Assembly (NCBI RefSeq): GCF_032191835.1
Contig: NC_083226.1
Coordinates: 134,602,001 to 134,666,000 of the forward strand
Source: Heteronotia binoei
Lineage: Eukaryota
Direction: 5' to 3'
DNA length: 64,000 nucleotides
The translations under genes were made by a program, and so were the position numbers. This document shows positions 9,678 through 22,437 of the stretch, piece by piece. Position 1 is the first letter of the stretch; each line of letters starts with the position of its first letter. Under the pieces are notes generated by a model. The model saw only the letters and a program-made list of their open reading frames with translations, was not told the origin of the DNA and ran no database searches.

Positions 9678-12182
9678 GGCGCCCACAGCCCCCTTCCCTT
9701 CCCCCTTTGGGACCCCATTTCTCTGGCTCCTAAAGGACCAGCCGCAGTTCCGGAGGGGGGGGCGCCCTTCTTGGGAGGGCCCGTTAAGGTTAGCCGGCTC
9801 CGAGTGCCAAGGGGCAATTGAAACCCAGAGGCGGCGGCTGCAGCTCCGCGACGCGCAGCTTCAAGCAGCGAGATGAGGCTGTTGAGTTGCCCAAGGTCAA
9901 GAGCCATCTAATCGGCCCGGGGCCCTTCCAGCTCAGCCGCTTGAAGCAGCGTCATCTGAAACCGGGCGCTGCCTTGTGTGCCGACGCGGGGATTGGCGGC
10001 GCAGGCTCACCCGAGGACTTCGCTGGAAGGACCGTGAATGGGCTCCCATGGGCCGGCTCTAACAGTAGTGGATGATGGATCCCCACCTGCCATTGGCGAC
10101 CATGCCAAATTCAGGGCTCCGGGGCCATGGCTGAAGCCTCTTAATCGCTGGCCACATATACTTACTTGGCGACTTTCAACTACCCCGGGAGAAATGGAGG
10201 ACTTGAATTTAAGCCACAGACTGCGCCAATGCGCCGAGTTGAAGGTTTGTCTGGCGATGGACAATGTTCTCCTGACTCTGAAGGACTTCAGACAAGAAGG
10301 CTGACGGGATGTTCTTTTTCCTTCCAAAAACAGAGAGCAAGGAATTTAGTTGGCTCATGACGTTGGCTGTTCATTTTGCAAAGGGTTGAGCTGCTAATGG
10401 GCTTGGCAAGCGTTTCCAAGAGAGGCGAAACATCAAGGGCCCTGCTGCTGAACGCTTTGCTCTTGTGCAACAAGAGATTTTTTTAAAAAATCCACTTCCG
10501 TTACTAACCTGAAAGAGGGGTAAAGGACAACATAACCGAGTGAAGGCAAGTCGGTCTGCCAGTTTAAAAGTACTTTTCTTCATTTTTTTTAAAAGGAGGA
10601 TTTTTACATTTAGCGGTAACAAAAAACCTGATGATCAAGGACTACCTAGGAGAACCCTGAAATGCACTGGGACCTTAGTCGTTCTTGTTGCTCATTTTCT
10701 GCTATTAGGCAGTGGTCTCCTAAAAGTGACCTTTCCCTGAGGCAGGAGGACAAGCAAGTCCTGAAGCCCAGTCTCCTCCGGAGGAGCCAAAGAAAGCCGT
10801 ACTCCTTGAAGGCCCGTGTGGGCCATGAATGATCGGCGGAAGCTAAAGGGAAGAGAGGCCAGCGCACTTTCCCAGCCTCTCGGCCCCCTCCCGCCCGCCT
10901 CCCGCCACGACCTCAGTAGGACTTTCGTGTAGAAATATTGCTGGGATCCGGTTGCAGCACGTCCTGCAGATGTCGGGGAGGGGCCGGTGCGGGCTTCCTT
11001 CTTCTTCCGCTGAGGTCGATGGGGCCGAGGAGTCTACAGGGCTCGGTGGGCTTCGTCCCAGCTGGAAGCGGAGGAGAAAAGGTCTCGCTGCCTGCGGCCC
11101 GCCCAGGGTTGGACTGCGCTGGCGACTCCTCCGGAGCTTTAGTAGAAGTCGCCTGTCCAGCCAGAAGAAGAAGCAGAGCAAGCCCGAGGCCTGCCGCCGA
11201 AACAACTGACCTCGCCCAGGGCTGCCCGCCGCATTCCAGGAGTTTGCGAGAGCTTCCCGAGCCCGGACTTCCGGAGCCGCTGGGCTTCTTTGCCGGGCGC
11301 GGCTCTCCGGGTTTGCCTTCAAGCTTTCTTCCCCTCGCTTTTCCAAACCGCTTTGGAGATGGTCTGTGGTGAAGTGAAGAAGCCCGGCTGCCGCGCAACT
11401 CTGGTGTGGAGAAGCCGCGGAGAGGAGGACGAGGTCAGTGATTCCAGGGGCCGAGTCTTCCACCTGAATCCAGGTCGCTGGCGTTCCTCACGCTGATCTA
11501 GCCAAAGTGGACCGAGAGTGAAGGCAATTTGAAATTACTCTGTTACAAAAGCGCCGCCTTAGTCCTGGACACACCAAAAAGTAAGTTTAGGATGGCTCTG
11601 CGCGAAATTTTTCTGGGTGTGAATGACCAGCATTTTCTGGAGGACAAAGATCGGAGGCCTGGCGAGAAGGCGCTCAGACTCACGCCTAAGAAGGCCTCTC
11701 CCGACCAAGGGCCTCCTTCGCCTAGATGCCCCAAGGCATCCCTGACACCCCCGCCAACCCCTCTGCCTTTCCAGCAGAGCCTCGCGGTGTTTATTGCCCA
11801 GCAGAAGGTGCTGCTAAGTGGTCCCTCCTTCTTTCAAAAAGGATGCAGCTGGCACCAGCAGGCCTCCCCCCTCCCCATCTGTCCAGCCTGCGCTCCGGCA
11901 CACACAATCCGCACTGCCCCGTCTCTCGGGAGAGTCCCTCGACTCCAAAGGGAACAGCTGGAACCAGAGGACTGCGCCCTTCACCCACAGCCGCCTGCTC
12001 TTAGGCCACATGTGACTGCAACCACCTGACTGGGGGAAAAAATTCCCGGAAAGCCGAAACGGCAGCAAGGAGTCCAGCGCAATTCGCTTCCACCTTGGAA
12101 GAAGGCGTCTGCCCGAGTGGTTAGGATCAGAATACCAGCGAGTGAAGGATGGCAGCCTAATCTCAGGGAAGGAGAAGAATCG

Positions 12183-12330
12183 GCACTTTCTCTCTCACAC
12201 ACACAGGAACTAATGCACCGTCAATCCACTTTGAATCTACTTTACAACTGGATTTTATTGTGTGAAATGACAAAATCCACAGATAGCTGAAGTGGATAGA
12301 AACTGCATTATTTAGCATGTGTGAAAACGT
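12183..12330. mobile_element. Palindromic MITE (PIF/Harbinger-like, tentative)
   Basis: Imperfect inverted ends: taatgcaccgtcaatccactt on the left versus aagtggatagaaactgcatta...atgtgtgaaaacgtc on the right. Confidence 0.5.
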
Positions 12331-12332
12331 CG

Positions 12333-12560
12333 GAAGAGTAGGTTTTTAAACCCCGTTTTTCTCTACCCTAAGCCAGGGGTTAAGGAGTTTCTGGCCGCTT
12401 CCAACCTCCTTCCCTTCCTCTCCCCGCAACAGGCACCTTGTGAGGTGGGAGGGGCTGAGCGAGCGCTGAGGGAAATGGGGCTGGCCCAAGGGCACCCAGC
12501 AGGAACAGGGAATCGAACCCGCTTCTCTAGATTAGAGGCCGCTCCTCCAAACTACTCCAT
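12333..12560 (-). mobile_element. Squam3-like SINE, diverged
   Basis: caccttgtgaggtgggaggggctgag...tggcccaagggcacccagcag...gggaatcgaacccg is the reverse complement of the SINE core and head. Confidence 0.7.
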
Positions 12561-14608
12561 CAGGGAACACCAGATCGGAAGACCGAAGAGGGCCGCTTGG
12601 GGAGGACGGCAGCCGCCCCACGGGCCATTGTGCTTGGAAAGCATTATATCTCCGATTGTTCCAGTCAAGGTCAAAGATATTTCCTGAATCTTAAAAGACT
12701 TAAAAGTTACAGCAGCTCTTGGGCCTTGCCGAGACTTCCCAGGAAAGAAGCTGCTGGGATGGTGATGGGTAGCTGGTTAAACGGAAAGGTCCATTTGTTG
12801 TGTCCTACGTTGCCAGCTGCCTGGAAAAAATGCTTGTCCCTTAAACAGAAGCTAAGCGGGATGTGGGGGTAGTGATTATTTCCGCCAGGCCCTGAAAGGC
12901 TGCCGCAAACCGTTGCACGCATTAAGCCTCTGACATAGGACGTTTTTCTCCAGGCAACTGGCGACCCTACCCGAGAGGCAAAGAACCTGCCAGTTGTAAA
13001 TAAAGGAACGGATAAGGAAACACACCGCGGCGCCTCGGGATGTTTGGCTCTAAGTCTATGGTGGTGCCGTCAGAGTGGAAGCTCGGTGCACGGGGGGGGG
13101 GGGGGGCTCCTGGATGTGACTCCAGGCCCACTCCTGGTGCTCTTGAAAGTCTAGGGGGTGTCCAGCAGCCCTGGCTTGTCTTGGGGATTTCCAGATGGAC
13201 CGCTGGTGGTGGAAAGACAGGCTGGATTAGGTGGGTGGAATCCAGCGGGTTGTCTTCTGAGATGATCGCTGGAACCGCAGGGATTCCTTTCAAGTAAGGA
13301 AACCGCCCCAGAAGGGCTTTAACTGGAATCTCGACGTGTTCAGGAGGGAAGTCTGGTGCGGGCGCTCAGGCGGGCACTTGGCCCAGTTCGGGAGGGAGGG
13401 GGGAGTGCGCGGCGGAGCCTTTGAAGTGCAGGAGCTGGGCGGGGGGGGGGGGCTTCAGCTTCCTCGCCTTGACCGCCATGCAGTCCGGGGGCGCCTTGGC
13501 TTGCCTGCCCCTCTGCTGGGGACCGAGGCTGCCATCTGGGCGCGCTTTCCAGGGAGGGAAGGAGGCCCAGGGAATTCAGCTGGGACGGAGGGCTTCTGCT
13601 TTCCAGCCACTGGAGTGATTCGGGCCCGGTCTGCTCCTTCAGTCCTTTTTGGGGGGAGGGGGTCATGAATCCTCCCCCCAAAGTGCCCGAAGGCGGGCGT
13701 GCCGGCGGCCCAGCCTGGCTCCGCCGAGACGCCCCGGAGAAGAGCGGGCGGCGCGGGAGGCAACCGAGCAGAAGGAATGGCGAACAAAGGCCAGACACGT
13801 GGAGCCTGCCTCGCCTCGCCTCGCCTCTCCGTCACCCGGCCTTGGCGGGCCAGGCCAGCGGGCCAGGGCTCCTCCTCACGCACCGCCCGGCCCCACCGAG
13901 GCAGCCGCCCGCCGCCCCGAATCGAGAGCAGCCTGCAGTGCCCTGGGCGGGTGCCGGGGAGGGGGGCCGCAGCACAGCCGGGCGAGGCCCAGCGGCAGCA
14001 GGAAGGCAGCAAGCAAGCACTGGCCAAGCGGCGGCGGCAGCGGCTCGGGTTCTTGCCCGGCGCCACCCAGCCCCGTCCTTCCACGCCGCCCTCTGCCTGC
14101 TTTCGCCTCGGGCTTGTGGAGCCGCCTGGATTCCTCGCGAGCAGCAGGGCTGGGCTTCGCGGCCCTCACGTGGCAAGGCCAAAGCAAGGCGGGAGGGCGG
14201 CCAGAGGACCTCTTGGGAGACGTCCGCTCCTTCGAGGGCCGCCAAAAGTCCGAAGGGACTTGAGCGCCCCCCCCCCCCCCACAAACACACCCCGAGGCCA
14301 GTTGTGACAACGGTTTTCTCTCCTTTGAGTCCCTTTGTGAGTCGTCAGAACAGCTCTCTGGGGAATGGGCCTATGCTTCTTTTTCTAAATAAACGGATAG
14401 GCATCCCACTACAATCCCATGGGGGCTCGTTTCCAAAACATGCACATGATGGAGGAGAAGAAGGCGCGGCACCGCGGGCTGACCCTCGACATGGCGTCAG
14501 CATCTGCACAGGAACACGAAAAGTCCCACCTACCCCGGATTCACTGCGCCCTCCACCTCCACCACCCCCCCCCGCAGCCTGGAAGCAGGACAGCCAGACC
14601 AAGCAGAG

Positions 14609-14772
14609 AGATCCAAGAGGGCAGCCCTTGTTGGGCTGAAACAGTAGAACAAAGTAGGAGCCAAGGGGCACCTTTAAGACCAACGAAGTTTATTTAGAGC
14701 GTAAGCTTACATTCTGAATAAAACGCTGTTGGTCTTAAAGGTGCCCCTTGACTCCTTCTGTAGTCAGACCAA
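14609..14772. mobile_element. Palindromic head-to-head fusion of two PLE termini centred on AAGCTT
   Basis: Arms 14656-14705 and 14706-14756 are near-perfect reverse complements (ggggcacctttaagaccaac / gttggtcttaaaggtgcccc) and match the 447-545 PLE end. Confidence 0.8.
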
Positions 14773-17700
14773 GCGCCATCCTTGCCTGGCTCCCATTCTG
14801 CGAGTTGCGGAACAGCCGCCTCCGCTACCTTGTGGCAAACTTCTTTCATTAAGAGGGCTGTGAGTGCGGGTGTGTGTCAGAAACGTCCATGGGGTTCCGT
14901 TGTTGGAAGATAACCGACCACATCCCCGCCCCCCCGGAACTCCCCTTCTGGCTGCTGCCTTAAGCCTGCGATCCGGCCATCTGAAAGGCCGCCCCAAAGC
15001 AGGAGTTCCCTCCCGGGAGCATCCGCAGTCCCCCCCGGGCTTCCTCAGCAGCCACAAAGGAGCATCCAACAAACCCAAAGGGAGCCTTGGTGCCTCGGGT
15101 TCAGGCAGCCCGGAGCTGGCTTCCACAGCCCGGCCACAGGAGAACAAGACGCTCCCCACCGCAGCAACTGGGGCTGCCGAAGAAGCCGAGGGGGGGAGGG
15201 GGGACACAGGGACCCTTCGCACCAACTGGTCTGGGCGGGCAGCGAAACAACGTGCGTGTCTCCTTTGGAAACCAGCAGACCCACCCACCAGAGAGGACAT
15301 GTTGTCAACTGGGAGAGAGAGCCCTGCGGGACCCCTCCAGGAAGAACACCGGGACCGGAAAGACCCCAATTTCCTTCCTGTCGCAGAAGACCTTTGGATG
15401 GGGCGAGGGGGGGGACTTACCGGGAGCGGTGGGGCGGGCGGGGCTCGGAGAAGTCGGGCGGGTCAGGGGCGTCTTTGCAGGCGACCCGGCGGCCTGAAGG
15501 CGGGGCTCCAGAATCTTTGCAGCACGACGGAAGGAGCGCGAGCAGCTGCTATGAAGGACAGCTTCGTTGGTCAGCCGGAGGAGCAACTGGGAAGCGGGTG
15601 GGCGCTGCTGCGGGCCCCAGAAGTCCCAACAGCCTCAGCAGCAGCTGCGGATTCGTGAAGCCCCCCAAAGGCACAAGAGTCTCCGGAGGAGGGCAAGGCA
15701 CCCGCAGCGGCCAGAAGGAGGCTTCCTCGTGGGCTACTGTTGTCGCTTGGTTCTGGAACGCTCTGCTGAAGGCCTTTCTCAAGGGAGCCGCTTGACGTGC
15801 ATCCGACTCGTGTTCATCTGTCCTTCTCCACCCTGAACATCCGAGCTAGAAAGCGGCTCGCCAGTTCTTAATGGATCTGAGCGACACTAGAAGAAGCGCG
15901 CAGCCCCAGCCGGGACTTCTATATCGCTGGGTGCCAGAGAGAGGCTGGGGGCGGGGGGGGGGGTGGTGGTCAGCTTTTCCGGTCCCAGCCAAGCGCGCGT
16001 CCCCTCGAGCTTCCTTCAGGCCCCTGGGAAAAGCCGCGGAGGTCGGCGACTCGGCACATGACGCGGCTCTTTGACTTGGTTGTGGCCTGAGCTGGAACAA
16101 AAGGGAAAGAGACCGACTCCTCGGAGAAAAAGGGGTTAAAGAATTGGGGGGAGAGGGAGGGAGGGATACAAGGGCAACATCCTAACTCCAAATGAATGAA
16201 TCAAAGACACAGAGAGCAGCCCTGTTAAGGCGGGACACCGTGTGTGGCATTTGCCGAAGCCTGGCTGAATACATCAGGGCTTCATTAAGTCCCCAACAGA
16301 TAACATTTGGTTAAGTCCAGCCCTCGATTACAACGCGACATAATAGCCCCGTAAACGCAGAGGCGGCTTTTTGTGTGGTCCCTGCTGGGGGCACCGGGGG
16401 AAACATTCGCTCCCCCCCCCCCAGACGGGCCCTTCCCTCCCAGTTCTGCCCGGCCCATTCGGCTCTCCGGCCTGCCTGGGGGGAAAGGAGGAGGAGAGAA
16501 AAGGGACGGCTGAATGAACCCACACTTTGGAATTGCTGGGGGAGAAGAGGAGGTGGTGGCGGCGGGGCCGTCGGAGGCCGTCCCCCCGGCTGGTCTTTCA
16601 GGGCTTGATCTCTGCCAAGAGCCTCAAAGCCCAGCGAGGGAGACCCCAATTCCATTTGCATGCCGGTGGGGAGCCCCTCTTCATCCCGCTCCTCCCCAGC
16701 CCCATCAAAGGCCGCCCGGCAGCCCTTTGTTCCCGCAGCACCTGCTCGGACCCAGAAGGGCCCCCGAGCTGTCCCGCCATGGTCCTTCCTGCTGCTGCTG
16801 CTGCTGCTTCCACGCAGGCCGGCCGGGGGGGGGGGGGGAACCGCCGGCAGCAGGAGGAGGGTCCGGCTCCCCGGCCCAAGCAGAGCCTCGCCGGCTCACC
16901 TTTTCTCCCCCACCCTCGCCCGGCCCCAGGGAGGCCGCCTCCTCCTCCTCTCAGCTCCCAGGCCCAGGGCCAACTCTCCCCCCCCCGGGCCACTCTTGGG
17001 CCCCCGCACCAGCCCTGGACGGAGCCAGCCGGCCGGCCACTCCCCCCCCGCCCCCCGTCTTGCCCGGGCCACGCTCTCGGCAGCAGCAACGCAAGGCGGC
17101 CCTCAGTCCAGCCAGCCAGAGCGCCTTCCGGGGTGCCCCCCGGCCTTTCGCAGAGGCTTTGGCCCCGACAACCCGCAGCGCCGCCGGGCGCCACTCCCGC
17201 CCCACTGGACCCCAGGCAGCGCCACTCACCGACTTGTGCGGAAGGCGCGCCGCACTGAAGGGAAGGCCGGCTGCTTCCGCCTAAAGCGCCTCCAGCGCGG
17301 AGCTGCACGGGGCCTGCGACTGGGTAAGAATAGCAAAAAGCCGGCTGCAAACCTCGCCATTTAGTGGGGCATGAGCAGCACAGCGGTCTGCCTCCTTCGG
17401 CCAAGTCCTCCGGAGTCCCTGCCCTTTCCCCTCCAAGGCCCAAAGCCCCCCCCGGCCCCCCCCTCAGCGTCGCTCAGAAACTGGCCTCAGAGGCCTGCAG
17501 AGGCCCCAGGGCCGCTTCCTGCCTTCCTGCCTTCCTGGCTTGCAAGGTCTCGGCGGCGAGATGTTGTGGGGAAAGCGCCCTCCGTGGGCGTCGCAGTCGG
17601 GGCTTCAGGGTTCTCAGCAGCCAGATGCGAGGCCCGGCTCATTCGCTCCTGCTCAGCAGCAGCAGCAGAAGGAAAGCGGCGCTGCCCCTGCCCCTGCCCC

Positions 17701-19251
17701 TGGCCCACACAGCCCGGCGGTAAAGCTCGCCCTTGACCCGGCCTCCTCGCTTGTACGCGCACCGAGGGCAAGAGCCCCCCGGGAGGCCCCCGGGAGACGG
17801 CGGGAGCAGGAGGCTCAGATCTCGCAGGACCTCGCAAAACCTTCTTTCTCCTTCAGGTTTAGCGGGCAGATCACCACCTCGCACATTCAAAGCGTCTTTG
17901 CGGCTTTGCATTCCTAGACGCAAATGACTCCCTCTCGCCCACGTGCAGGCCGCTCACAGATTTCAGAGGGGCGAAGTCTGCGAATTAATAAAATCCTATG
18001 ACACTTTTTAAGAACTCTGTCCTTTGAGGAAACCTCTACAATTTTGGGAGTGGAGGGAATGATCACCTCACTCGCTAACAAATTGTAATGAAAACAATGG
18101 CGTTATTGGAGCTGGGCTGACTTCGGACTTAATGTTTGGTAGATTCGGAGCATTCTACTCAAACACCAGCTACTTTTGTGTATGAGATAGATAGATATGG
18201 TATGTGAGATATACATATATATATCTGAGGCGTTATATATATAATGTTTCAGATCTCTTTCTCTTTCTGTTTCAGTAATTCAAAAGTAACAAACAGTCTC
18301 AAAGTTTTCGACCCCCTTTTTGAAATATTGAAAAGTAACATTTAATACTACTCTGCATTTTAATGTAACCTCCTATTGCAGTGAACGATCATGCTTGCGT
18401 GCTCATTGGTCTTGTGCCTAGGCCGAGCGTGAACACGTGGAAGGACAGCGTTACCTGCCTTAAAAAGCTGGAAGACACGAACACTCCCCTTCCCAAAAGG
18501 AATTCATAGGCAAGTATGATGCAGTTTCAATCTAAAGCACACTTCAAAATTCTCAAAATACTCTAAATTTATTTGATTCCGATACAAAAAACCGTTATTT
18601 TTATAAAACATCGCGGCTTGTAGAAACTTGAAATGGTCATCACCGGTCTTCTTTGGTTAGTCCTTCCTGTGTTTTAATGGTGTTTTTTTTTTTAAAAAAA
18701 TGGCAAAGGCTTGAGAATAATACTTCCATCGAGGGACATAGCATTAAAGTTCTTATGCCCTCCACGCGAGTGCTGGAGAAGGTGAAGGAGAGTGAAAGAC
18801 TGAGGCCCGTGGGCGTCACCAGGAGCTCGGCGGCGAGGGCCCCGGAGGCCACGCGGAGTTTCAAGATGGCCGCGATCCTGAGCCACTTAGGGAGATCCCA
18901 TGGCGAAGAAGAGGGAGTGGCTTCCGAGGGGGACCAAACGGGCTTAAATGTAGTTCCTGCACTTGTGCTAGACTGTGGGCAAGTCTGCCGGCCTAGTCTG
19001 GGGGGGGGGGGTCGGGGAGCATTTTGCGGTGCTGCTTTTCGACAATAGTCTCCATCTCCCCAGGAACCAACGCGATCCCTACCGCCAAATATTACAAGTC
19101 CTGGAAACTGAAGGGGAGGGGGCGGGGGCCTGGCAGCGCAGCCCTAAACAGCATCAGACCCCCGCAGCCTCCTCTGCCGGGTGGCACTCGAAAGAGCTAA
19201 AGACCTAAAGCCGGTTGCTGCGTTTGCTTTCTCGCAAATTACGGTAGTGAC

Positions 19252-19257
19252 TTTATT
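19252..19257 (-). terminator. FOXD1 poly(A) signal AATAAA (alternative proximal signal at 19583-19588)
   Basis: tttatt on plus, about 660 nt past the FOXD1 stop, at the end of an AU-rich 3' UTR-like stretch. Confidence 0.6.
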
Positions 19258-19916
19258 TTTGAAAATATGTAAAAAAAAGTGTTGTTGCAAATAAGAATGG
19301 TAACAATAACACTTTCCAGAAATCTTAACAATATTCCTTGTAAAGAATATGCATAAAGTACAAAATTAAAAAAGCACCTCCAAGCCTATTATGTTACAAA
19401 AAACACAGGTTAAAATAAGAAATGATAATCTCGACTCTTCTCTGTGTAAACATGTTAATCATTTCGTATATAAAAATACATGAGAACTACATCGACAGAA
19501 AGCAGGGCGCTTGGCTGTTCCTCCTTTGAAAACATTTCTGTTCGACGGTTTCCCCTCGTTCGTTATTCCTGGGTGGGCCTTTTTTATTTCTGCGGTGGCT
19601 GTTTTGGAGCACTAAGACCAGGAGCCTCTGAATGGGCCAAAGCTTTTCTTATTTATAAAACAGGAAAGCGACCAGGACCACTCTTCCGCCGCGCGTCTTT
19701 TCTGTCCGTGCAGCACAGAGAAATGGCTCCGCATAAATAGAGGGACTGAGAAGGTGGGAGGGGGAAGCGTAAGGACCCCCCCCCCCCCCAGCAATGCCGC
19801 CCGCTCTGTCCAGGAGAAAGCCTCCCTCCCTGCTCCCCGGAAGGCCCGCAGCAGCAGCAGCAGCAGGGGAGAGAAGGGGGCGCCGGCGGGATGCTCCTAC
19901 CTTGGGCCAGAGGCGC

Positions 19917-21173
19917 TCAGCAGTTGGAGATGCGAGCGGCGAAGTTCTCTCCGGCGGCCAGGGCGGCGGCGGCTGCGGCGTGGTGGTGCAGGGCGGCGGC
20001 AGAGGTGGCAGCGGCGGGGGCAGGCGAGGCAGAGGCCAGGAGGGACCGGGCCAGGACTGGCAGGACGGCGGCGGCGGACTGGGAGGCGCAGCTGGTGGCG
20101 GCGGCGGCGGCGGGGCTGAGGCTGCGCCCGATGATGCTCTCGATGGAGAAGGGCGAGCGGGCCAGGGCCGGGCCGGGGGCCTGGGGGCCGCTGCTCTTGT
20201 GCACCGAGGCGCCCAGCTGGGGTGGGTAGGCGAAGCGGGCGGCGGCGGCGGCGGTCCTGCTGAGGTCCGAGGGGGCGGGCAGGAGGGCGGCGGGGCCCCG
20301 GCGGGCTTGGTGGTGCTGCTGCTGCTGGAAGGCGAAGAGAGGCGCGGGGGGCGCGTAGGGCTGCAGCGGGAGGCCGAAGGCGGCGGCGGCAGCGGCGGGG
20401 CAGGCGTAGGGGGTCCCGTAGGCGTAGGGGGGCGGCGGCGGGGCGGCGGGCAGGAAGGCGGCGGCGGCGCCGGGGGCGTCGGGGAGGGCGCGTCGGAGGA
20501 GGAGGTCGGCGGGGGGCGGCGGGGGGAGGAGGGGCTGCCGCTTGAAGCGCTTCCTGCGCCGGAGGAAGGAGCCGTTGTCGAACATGTCGGCGGACTCCGG
20601 GTCGAGGGTCCAGTNNNNNNNNNNNNNNNNNNNNNNNNNNNNNNNNNNNNNNNNNNNNNNNNNNNNNNNNNNNNNNNNNNNNNNNNNNNNNNNNNNNNNN
20701 NNNNNNNNNNNNNNNNNNNNNNNNNNNNNNNNNNNNNNNNNNNNNNNNNNNNNNNNNNNNNNNNNNNNNNNNNNNNNNNNNNNNNNNNNNNNNNTGGCCA
20801 TCGTGATCAGCGCGATGTACGAGTAGGGCGGCTTCACCAGGCTGCTCTTGCCCCCGCGCACGCCCACGCCCACCCCCGACGACACCGACGCCGGGCACGG
20901 AGACGCCGAAGACGAAGAAGAAGAAGAGGGCGAGCCCGAGCAGCCGGAGCCTGGCGCGCCCGCCCTGGGGGACCTGGCCTCCTCCTCCTCCGGGTCCTCC
21001 TCGTCGTCCTCCTCGCCCCCGGGGAAGCGCCGCTGGAGGCTCTCCGCGTCCTCGTCCTCCTCGTCGTCCTCCTCGTCGTCCCCTTCGCCGTCTCCCTCGC
21101 CCACCACGTCGATGTCCGGGTCTTCGGCCAGCGCCACGGAGGCGGCCTCCGACATCTCGGCGCTGAGCGTCAT
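19917..21173 (-). CDS. FOXD1: Forkhead box protein D1, single exon, 418 aa (61 codons undetermined)
   Basis: Starts [11 protein letters not shown]...DIDVVGEG in a good Kozak context (gccATG). Has an acidic tract, forkhead flanks [13 protein letters not shown] and [25 protein letters not shown], the eh1 motif FSIESII, and the FOXD1-type C-terminus [10 protein letters not shown]. It lies next to BTF3 as in human. Confidence 0.96.
   Translation of the reverse strand: MTLSAEMSEAASVALAEDPDIDVVGEGDGEGDDEEDDEEDEDAESLQRRFPGGEEDDEEDPEEEEARSPRAGAPGSGCSGSPSSSSSSSASPCPASVSSGVGVGVRGGKSSLVKPPYSYIALITMAXXXXXXXXXXXXXXXXXXXXXXXXXXXXXXXXXXXXXXXXXXXXXXXXXXXXXXXXXXXXXWTLDPESADMFDNGSFLRRRKRFKRQPLLPPPPPADLLLRRALPDAPGAAAAFLPAAPPPPPYAYGTPYACPAAAAAAFGLPLQPYAPPAPLFAFQQQQHHQARRGPAALLPAPSDLSRTAAAAARFAYPPQLGASVHKSSGPQAPGPALARSPFSIESIIGRSLSPAAAAATSCASQSAAAVLPVLARSLLASASPAPAAATSAAALHHHAAAAAALAAGENFAARISNC
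20615..20794. other. 180-nt N run (gap or masked sequence) inside the forkhead domain
   Basis: Read directly from the sequence; frame-preserving. Confidence 0.99.
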
Positions 21174-22437
21174 GGCCGGGGGCCGGCGGGCCTCAGAGGC
21201 CGGCAGCACACCCGACGGGAGCCCCCCCTCGGCAGGCCGCCCGCCCCCCTCGCCGCCGCCGCCGCCTGCCCTCCCCGCGGCCGCCCTCCGACATGAATGG
21301 AAGGGCTGGAGCCCGGCGGCGGGGCCAGGGCAGCGGCGGAGGCGGAGCTGGACGGACCTCCGGAAGGGGGCGGCCTTTTCTGCGCTCCGGACGGCAACGG
21401 GGGGCCGCCCCGTCACGTGCCTCCCACGTCACAACAGAGAGAGAGAGAGAGAGAGGCGCCCCGGGAGGGGGCACCAAGAGGCCAGCCCTGCCAGCCAGCC
21501 AGCCAGCCAGCGCCCCCTCTCTTGAATAGCTTCACTGGAGGGAGGGGGCCAGCCCGGCTCAAGAGCTGCTGCCGGAACCAGGAGCCCCCCCAGCTCGTTC
21601 AGTCTCTCCCTCCCCCCGCAGGACCTCCTTTCCCCGCTTTCTCTTTAAGGGCCGGCAGGAAAACGCCTCCCCCCACCGACCCCCTCAGCACAACAGAGCA
21701 CAGCCCAGTTCCTTCCCAGGCGGGGCCCGGATCAGAGGGGGTGCCTACTAAAGACTGGGGGGGGGGGGCGCTGGCGACGCCGGGAGCGCGGGAGGGAGGG
21801 AGGGCGGGCAGGGGGGCTGGCTCAGCCGGGCCCAGGGGGAAGACCGTGAGGGCCCGGGGAGGTGGTCGAGGGCGCCCCTTTCAGGGCGACGGGAGCCTTG
21901 GCACTCGGAAAGCTCAAAGGCCGCCCAACTGGTTGGTGGGTCTCGGAGGCGACTCTGGACGCCCGTCTAAGCCGACAGAACTGGGCGCAGCCTGAAGGTT
22001 GGGAATGGCGGTCTGGGCTGCCTGACTATCGCAGGAGTCAAAGGGCTTCTTTCTCATCTAGAGGCGCCTGGGGTGAGGAACATCCTCCCTTTTCCAGTAT
22101 TTTGCTTCGGATCACTCGAACATTTAGGATTAAAAAAAGAAATTAAGAGTAATTTTAAAAATCCCAAACTGTATATTCTTTCAGACCGGGATATAATACG
22201 CTCACGTAGTGATATTCAATTCTGGATACATTTACAGTGGTATAAAACTCTATCCGCGTGCCACACAGCGCTATGCTTTCTCTGAACTCACCTGCGCGAT
22301 CTTTAGAGCAAGAGCCCCCCCCCCCCTTAAAGAGAGTTTTTCTTTAGGGTTACGATCCTAAAAAGAAACTGGCAGGGAAATAAGATCTTCTGCAGCGGTC
22401 CGCGGCACTCTTTCCAAGTGATGAGAAACTGGGACCA

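Larger units (their letters stand above)
19780..21960. promoter_or_regulatory. CpG island over the FOXD1 body and promoter
   Basis: Very high GC and CpG density. An E-box CACGTG (21413-21418) and a (GA)n tract lie upstream of the start codon. Confidence 0.85.

Noticed and set aside
3281-17927. Dozens of 100-324 aa ORFs (for example 13665-14639, 3941-4738, 16598-17443, 14864-15658)
   Set aside because: Stop-codon scarcity in CpG-island DNA. They overlap in all six frames, are Pro/Gly/Arg/Ala-rich, and show no recognisable family or exon structure.
19794-21296. 500-aa plus-strand ORF (and 333/225-aa alternative frames) overlapping FOXD1
   Set aside because: Antisense or shifted shadows of a very GC-rich coding sequence: low-complexity Gly/Arg/Ala and no domain.
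21174-21416. 499-aa FOXD1 as called by the ORF track
   Set aside because: It starts at GTG. The orthologous N-terminus MTLS(A/T)EMS begins at ATG 21173.
3318-22325. Many C/G homopolymers of 9-15 nt (for example 3318-3330, 5671-5684, 13092-13106, 14267-14280)
   Set aside because: Common in GC-rich reptile DNA, and homopolymer lengths are unreliable in assemblies. No specific function can be argued beyond generic G-quadruplex potential.
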